A stretch of DNA of 37,594 bases from a virus (Duplodnaviria > Caudoviricetes). The stretch covers positions 1 to 37,594 of the IMG/VR virus record IMGVR_UViG_3300031655_000017; one strand, written 5' to 3'. Of the stretch, positions 32,998 to 37,594 are shown in pieces; within the stretch, counting starts at the first letter, position 1; every line of letters begins with the position of its first letter. The translations under genes and the position numbers were made by a program. The notes beneath the pieces are model-generated. The model saw only the letters and a program-made list of their open reading frames with translations. It searched no databases and was not told the DNA's origin.

Positions 32998-33253
32998 CTA
33001 AGTCTCCGTTATTGGGGTTAAAGTGTTTCCATGCTTCTTTGTCGGTCATGTTCAGGTGCGCCGCAATACGCAGCCACACCTCACGCCGACCTTGCAGCAC
33101 CATCTCCATACGTGGATCAGAAAGGATTGTGCTGTTATTTGCACGACAGAACTTCGCTAGATCATCCAGCACACGCTCACCATAGACGCCTTTGAACGTC
33201 TTGGCATACGACTGCTTGCGGGAGATAAGGTAGTCTTTAATTTTAGCCCGCAC
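32990..33253 (-). CDS. Conserved post-portal protein (Bbp19-like)
   Basis: Y..TF.G..G..VL.DL..FC, GRREVWLRI. Confidence 0.75.
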   Translation of the reverse strand: MRAKIKDYLISRKQSYAKTFKGVYGERVLDDLAKFCRANNSTILSDPRMEMVLQGRREVWLRIAAHLNMTDKEAWKHFNPNNGDLDG

Positions 33254-34868
33254 TACCCAGCGCTTTCATCACGCCAGCAGCGGCAGGCGCGGCCTCAACC
33301 ATCTGTTGCGTATCAGCGGCTTCCTGTCGCTGTGCGCGCTTCTGCTCGACCGTCTCAGGTGAGGCCATCCAGGATGGCGGCATGGCGTTGATCTCAGCTA
33401 ACGCCGGGTAGATCACGTCGGTGTTAAAGTGATCCAGCACCGACAGGTCTTGTGTCGTGTTGGCATAGGCCACCGCTGCTTCCAGCGTGCGCATCCAACC
33501 AGCAGCCTCTTCGGCGCGCTGGGCGCGATTCAGAGGGCTGTCATAGATAATCTCAAACTCACCCTCGGCCTCGATCAGCGCCTCGGGCATGGGCGGCAAC
33601 AGGTTCTGTTGCTGCAACAGATCGATCTCACGCTCAATCATTGGGCCTTGGCCTTCAGATTGCTGCCGGCCCATTGTGGGGCTTAACAAGGCTCCCTTTT
33701 CTCGGGCGCGCTCTAACACCTCTGTAGCCGTCATGGCCGGCGTATCCACCAGGATTTGGAACAGCGTCACAAGGAAAATATCGTTTATTGTGGACCGCTC
33801 CATGTCCATCAGCTCTTGGCCCGCAGCTAAATTGCCGACCGGCAGTGCGTGCACCAGCGGGCGCCCTTCGGGCGATACCCCACCAGGATTGATATGACCC
33901 GGCTTCATACTGAACCCGTCGACTACACCATCGTCATTCGCTAGCAACACCGGCGCCACGGCGCGGTGACCCTGCGTCAACATGGTCTTCTTCTGCTCGT
34001 TGAGAACCTTGATCGCCGGCAACGCCATCATGGCGGGAGAGCGGCCATAGACCTCAGACGGCCCAGTAACGTAGCGTGATGCCTGGTAAGGGAAGGTGTT
34101 GAAACCACCCTCACCTAATATTGTCTGACCTTCCACTGCGACATAGTATGACGCGTACTTCATACCCCTATAGTCAAGACGCTTCTTATCAACCTCGACA
34201 CGGGGTTTAACGCAATGGATAACCTCAAACTCTTTTGAAGGTTCTGTCTTTAGCGCAGACTTAACCGCATCGGGAATTGTACTCCACCGTCCAGCGTCTA
34301 CCTTCTGCTGCATCAGGCGCGCAGAGATGTTGAACTTACGGGAGCTGGAGTCCAGGATACCTTGGTGATTTAAACCAATGAGTATCTCACGTAGATCAGT
34401 GGCGCGGTAGCGGAACCCACCCTCGTCATGCGCGTCGGTGTGTAGGATGCTCGTGCCGTAGGCACCGAGACCCATGTAGACCTCATGCTGCTGACTGGCG
34501 AAGTTCGCAGACGGCTTATACCGCTGCTTGAATAACATGTTCGTGACGTTCTCAAACCATACCTTGACATCATGGTCGGCAGCGAGCGCCTCATCGGAAG
34601 CTGTCACGCGGTGCCAGCGCTGGTTGCGCGGCGTCAGCATGGCTTCCATCGCAGCGGAAAACCGCTCCAGCGCGATGCTGGCCGTGCTGTCAATCATTTT
34701 ATCGGTGCGCTTCTGCCCCTTGGTCAAACCAGAGGAGGAACTCTGCATGGTCATGGCATAGCGCGGCAGCACCCGCTCGTCTATCTCAGACCAGTGGGAC
34801 TCCCATGTTCCGCGATCACCCTTCCACTTGTCGTGGGTTTTGATGATATCTTTTGCTATTTCACTCAT
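33243..34868 (-). CDS. Portal (head-tail connector)
   Basis: R..WE.HW.EI...VLP, DST, E.YGRSP.M.AL, MTATEV.ER..EK. Confidence 0.95.
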   Translation of the reverse strand: MSEIAKDIIKTHDKWKGDRGTWESHWSEIDERVLPRYAMTMQSSSSGLTKGQKRTDKMIDSTASIALERFSAAMEAMLTPRNQRWHRVTASDEALAADHDVKVWFENVTNMLFKQRYKPSANFASQQHEVYMGLGAYGTSILHTDAHDEGGFRYRATDLREILIGLNHQGILDSSSRKFNISARLMQQKVDAGRWSTIPDAVKSALKTEPSKEFEVIHCVKPRVEVDKKRLDYRGMKYASYYVAVEGQTILGEGGFNTFPYQASRYVTGPSEVYGRSPAMMALPAIKVLNEQKKTMLTQGHRAVAPVLLANDDGVVDGFSMKPGHINPGGVSPEGRPLVHALPVGNLAAGQELMDMERSTINDIFLVTLFQILVDTPAMTATEVLERAREKGALLSPTMGRQQSEGQGPMIEREIDLLQQQNLLPPMPEALIEAEGEFEIIYDSPLNRAQRAEEAAGWMRTLEAAVAYANTTQDLSVLDHFNTDVIYPALAEINAMPPSWMASPETVEQKRAQRQEAADTQQMVEAAPAAAGVMKALGSAG

Positions 34869-34906
34869 CAGCCGGCCGGGTCTAAAGTCTTTTCAAAACC
34901 ACCCAT
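34868..34906 (-). CDS. 12-aa coupling minigene
   Basis: MGGFEKTLDPAG; TGATG overlaps on both sides. Confidence 0.5.
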   Translation of the reverse strand: MGGFEKTLDPAG

Positions 34907-35457
34907 CAAGGGGAACCTAACAGCTTCAAGGTTGCGCTTTGTGTGTCGCCAAGACTACCCGTGAATTGTTTTGCGGCTGCCGCCGGCCCCGAAATTTGTT
35001 TTGCGGCTGGAGCCGGACCCGGACCAGGGTCTGTGGTCGTCACAGGGTTGCGGTCAGCGGCCGCGTCTCTACGGAGTCCCGCCTGAACGTCTTCACTCGT
35101 TGTGGGGTCTGAGATTGTAGCCGCGCTCGCTAACGGCGGTGCGGCTACGATAACTTTTTTAAGTAGAAAAGGGTTGATACTCGCGCCTTGACCGGCTGCG
35201 CCCGAGCCGGGACCAGAGCCAGCGCCCGGCCCGCCGCCAGCACCGTCAGCGCCGCCGCTGGTTCCCGCCGCACTTCCTTGACCGCTAGTTGCGCCAGGAC
35301 TACCAGGCCTATACGCATTAATACCCTTATGTTTGAGTTGACCGCCGCCCTTGGTAACGCCGCCTCCTCGCGAGCGCAGAAGCGCCTTTTCGTCTTTGTT
35401 AATATAGGCCAGTTCGTGTTTCTGGCCTTTAATTATAGTGCGTTTGGGTAGTGGCAT
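34906..35457 (-). CDS. Gly/Ala/Pro-rich putative virion protein
   Basis: HELAYI...E..LL...GG motif; ends KLLGSP; TAATG coupling. Confidence 0.7.
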   Translation of the reverse strand: MPLPKRTIIKGQKHELAYINKDEKALLRSRGGGVTKGGGQLKHKGINAYRPGSPGATSGQGSAAGTSGGADGAGGGPGAGSGPGSGAAGQGASINPFLLKKVIVAAPPLASAATISDPTTSEDVQAGLRRDAAADRNPVTTTDPGPGPAPAAKQISGPAAAAKQFTGSLGDTQSATLKLLGSP

Positions 35458-35666
35458 TACGACCCCAATAGTTGTTTTGTCGGTGTATCCGTTTCGTCCA
35501 ACACACCCTGCCCACTCGTCTTGATGGTGTCGTTGCGTCCAAGCGCAGCCGCACGGCGCTTACGCGCCTCTAGGGCTGCGGCCTGCACATCAGCGTCAGA
35601 CTTCGTCGGGGGCGGTGGCGGGGGCGGTGGCGGCGGAGGAGCTGATCCCCCAAATATTCCACCCAT
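35457..35666 (-). CDS. Proline-rich small virion protein (T7 gp7.3-like position)
   Basis: MGG.FGG, poly-Pro, R.RR...GR..TI.T..G, ends KQLLGS; AGGAG SD. Confidence 0.75.
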   Translation of the reverse strand: MGGIFGGSAPPPPPPPPPPPTKSDADVQAAALEARKRRAAALGRNDTIKTSGQGVLDETDTPTKQLLGS

Positions 35667-35689
35667 AATTCAATCTCCTTGCAAGGATA

Positions 35690-37225
35690 TTACGTGAATA
35701 TAACACAATCTACATCATCTGCAACCCTGCCGCGTTTAAACTTCTTGGAGGTCTTGGAATCCAATCTGCTGACCGGCCGACTGAAAGTCATCGCCAGCGC
35801 GTCCGCATAGTCAGGTGAGCCGAAACCTTCCTTCAACATCTCCTTCTTTGTCCATAGCGCCTTCTGCCCTTTCAGGTTCATGCGATAGCGCATGGTGCAC
35901 AGGTCATCCGTCAAGTTGTCCTCGTCTGGCAGGCACGCCGAGTCGATCCACTCAGCCATGCGCCCCCACACTTCTGTCCTGTGCAGATACCACTTCTTCG
36001 AGTCTTGCGCCGACTCGGACACGAACACCGGTGTCACCCGATAGCCGCCCTCCTGCAACAACTCGATCACCGGCCCACCGACGCCATCACTCTCAATGAA
36101 CACATGATCTGGCTTATACTTCTCAATGGCGGTCGCCACATGCTCGGCCATCTCCCTGGTCTTACACTTGGGAAACACCAGCGGTGGGATGCTGCGCGCG
36201 TCCACCCCATGCCTGAAGCGTATGACCGCCTTATCATTACCCATACGCGCCGGGTCGACGCCCATGATGAACGGCGCCCCTAAGTCCTCGGCCGGCAGCT
36301 CGCGCGCGATGGCCGCATCAACATCATCTCGTGCGATGAAGTTCTCGTCACCCTGTCTCGGGAATTGCCCATACACCTCCACGCGCGCTTCATCGCTGTC
36401 GACGCCATACTCCCGTATAATCGCGTCGTACACGCCGGGGTCATTCTCAACAACCGTGCGCCCGTCGATCTTGGCGTTATTCCATTCCTCGCGGTTGCGG
36501 TGGAAGCATTCAAAGAACGCGCCACTCGGATTACGCGGATTACTAATCGCCACCCATACCCGGTATATGGTCTTGTCTGTAAAATAACCGTGCGCGACAG
36601 GCCAAATGTTAGGAGGGATGCCGCTGGCCTCGTCAAACAGCACCGCCATGCCCATTTGGCTATGCGGGCCGGCATACGCGTCTGGATTCTCATCACTCCA
36701 CAGCTTGGCCTTGATGTACCAATACGCGTCATCATACTGCGTCGTTTTCTTGAGCGCCTCGACCAACCAGTCGGCTGGGTGCAGCGCTTCAACCTGATGC
36801 TCGAACCAACGCGACATGTGGCTCATGGTCGCCCACTTTCTGATCTCAGGAAACGTGGTCGACCGTAGCTGCTGCTCCGTGTTGGCGCTGACGATGACTG
36901 TGGAACTCGGCAGGGTGCAGAACAACCACAACGCCACCCATGCAAGAAACGCCGACTTGCCAATACCGCGCCCGCTGGCCCGCGCAAGACGCATCAACTC
37001 TGGTGTATCGCCCTGATCAAACTTCCGATGGTTGTTATGAATGTGCGCCTGGAGCTGCAACAGTGCGTCACGCTGCCACTGCCGTGGCCCCTGATGATGT
37101 TCCAGGGGTGTATTAATCTTTCCCCACGGGAAACAGAACAGCACAAACCCCAGGGGATCATCTCGGAACGCCATGACCTGTGCGATCAGTTGATCTTCAT
37201 TAGGATGTGGTTGCTGTTTAGCCAT
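35690..37225 (-). CDS. terL: Terminase large subunit
   Basis: GPRQWQ, Walker A ASGRGIGKS, Walker B LFDEASG, SNP, GVDPAR.G.D, SPDYADALA. Confidence 0.95.
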   Translation of the reverse strand: MAKQQPHPNEDQLIAQVMAFRDDPLGFVLFCFPWGKINTPLEHHQGPRQWQRDALLQLQAHIHNNHRKFDQGDTPELMRLARASGRGIGKSAFLAWVALWLFCTLPSSTVIVSANTEQQLRSTTFPEIRKWATMSHMSRWFEHQVEALHPADWLVEALKKTTQYDDAYWYIKAKLWSDENPDAYAGPHSQMGMAVLFDEASGIPPNIWPVAHGYFTDKTIYRVWVAISNPRNPSGAFFECFHRNREEWNNAKIDGRTVVENDPGVYDAIIREYGVDSDEARVEVYGQFPRQGDENFIARDDVDAAIARELPAEDLGAPFIMGVDPARMGNDKAVIRFRHGVDARSIPPLVFPKCKTREMAEHVATAIEKYKPDHVFIESDGVGGPVIELLQEGGYRVTPVFVSESAQDSKKWYLHRTEVWGRMAEWIDSACLPDEDNLTDDLCTMRYRMNLKGQKALWTKKEMLKEGFGSPDYADALAMTFSRPVSRLDSKTSKKFKRGRVADDVDCVIFT

Positions 37226-37405
37226 ACGATTTTACTTCAAAAGTGAGACGGGGGGCGGGTTACAGGATACTAAAAAAATTTTTTCAAAAAAAATGACGCG
37301 TAGGGCTGGGATGAGGACCTATGGGTGCATGGGCGTTGGCTATCCAGGGGGTACCCCCGCCCTACCCCCCCGCCTGGCTTAATAGGCTTCAATTTTGTAG
37401 GGCTT

Positions 37406-37594
37406 CTATGCATTCTCAATTGGGGGCGTTTCACGTGAAACATTGAGCGAGGCGGGGTGTTGCTCCAACTCAGGCGGGTGAGGCGTCGGGCTGGTTAAAG
37501 GTACTTGCGGCGTCACATCGCGCAGCGTGCGAAGTGTGGCGTGCGCGTCGAGCATGAGCTGGCCTAGATCAACGGCATGATGGGTCACATCAAC
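37406..37594 (-). CDS. C-terminal part of the probable terminase small subunit (5'-truncated)
   Basis: Frame stays open to the window edge (VDVTHHAVDLG..LDA..TL..RDVTP); lies upstream of terL. Confidence 0.6.
   Translation of the reverse strand, partial: VDVTHHAVDLGQLMLDAHATLRTLRDVTPQVPLTSPTPHPPELEQHPASLNVSRETPPIENA
37427..37442. promoter_or_regulatory. parS: parS-like site (ParB/Spo0J binding)
   Basis: CGTTTCACGTGAAACA: 15/16 match to consensus TGTTTCACGTGAAACA, with a perfect 14-bp palindrome. Confidence 0.75.

Larger units (their letters stand above)
1..37594. mobile_element. Bacteriophage genome segment (podovirus-like, BPP-1/APSE-type replication module, T7-like virion module)
   Basis: Terminase, portal, capsid, tail tube A/B, internal virion proteins, tail fibres, spanins and phage PolA in typical order; no host housekeeping genes or integrase seen. 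Confidence 0.97.

Noticed and set aside
1-37594. tRNA genes, integrase/att site, CtrA boxes
   Set aside because: None recognised by eye in the intergenic regions; tRNAscan-SE and a TTAA-N7-TTAA scan would be needed to exclude them

Overview
The window is most of a ~40 kb podovirus-like dsDNA phage genome with BPP-1/APSE-like organisation and T7-like structural genes. Both window ends cut through genes. Several motifs suggest a marine alphaproteobacterial host (inference). Left part: small Zn-finger and HTH genes, an origin-like AT-rich region, and a leftward operon (VRR-NUC, SNF2-like helicase, primase-helicase). It diverges from a rightward operon (Cro-like HTH, DUF2800 exonuclease, SSB-like protein, family A DNA polymerase, dNTP diphosphohydrolase). 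Right part, all on the minus strand: terminases, portal, scaffold, capsid, tail tubes, internal virion proteins, modular tail fibres, a lower-GC U32-family Fe-S protein plus sulfotransferase pair, two secreted proteins, an HTH-metallophosphoesterase, and holin plus spanins with no recognisable endolysin. The most notable items are the U32/sulfotransferase cassette coupled to the tail-fibre genes, a near-consensus chromosomal parS site inside the small terminase gene, a structured capsid leader, and several translationally coupled minigenes missed by the ORF track. All calls come from motif reading; no database search was run.
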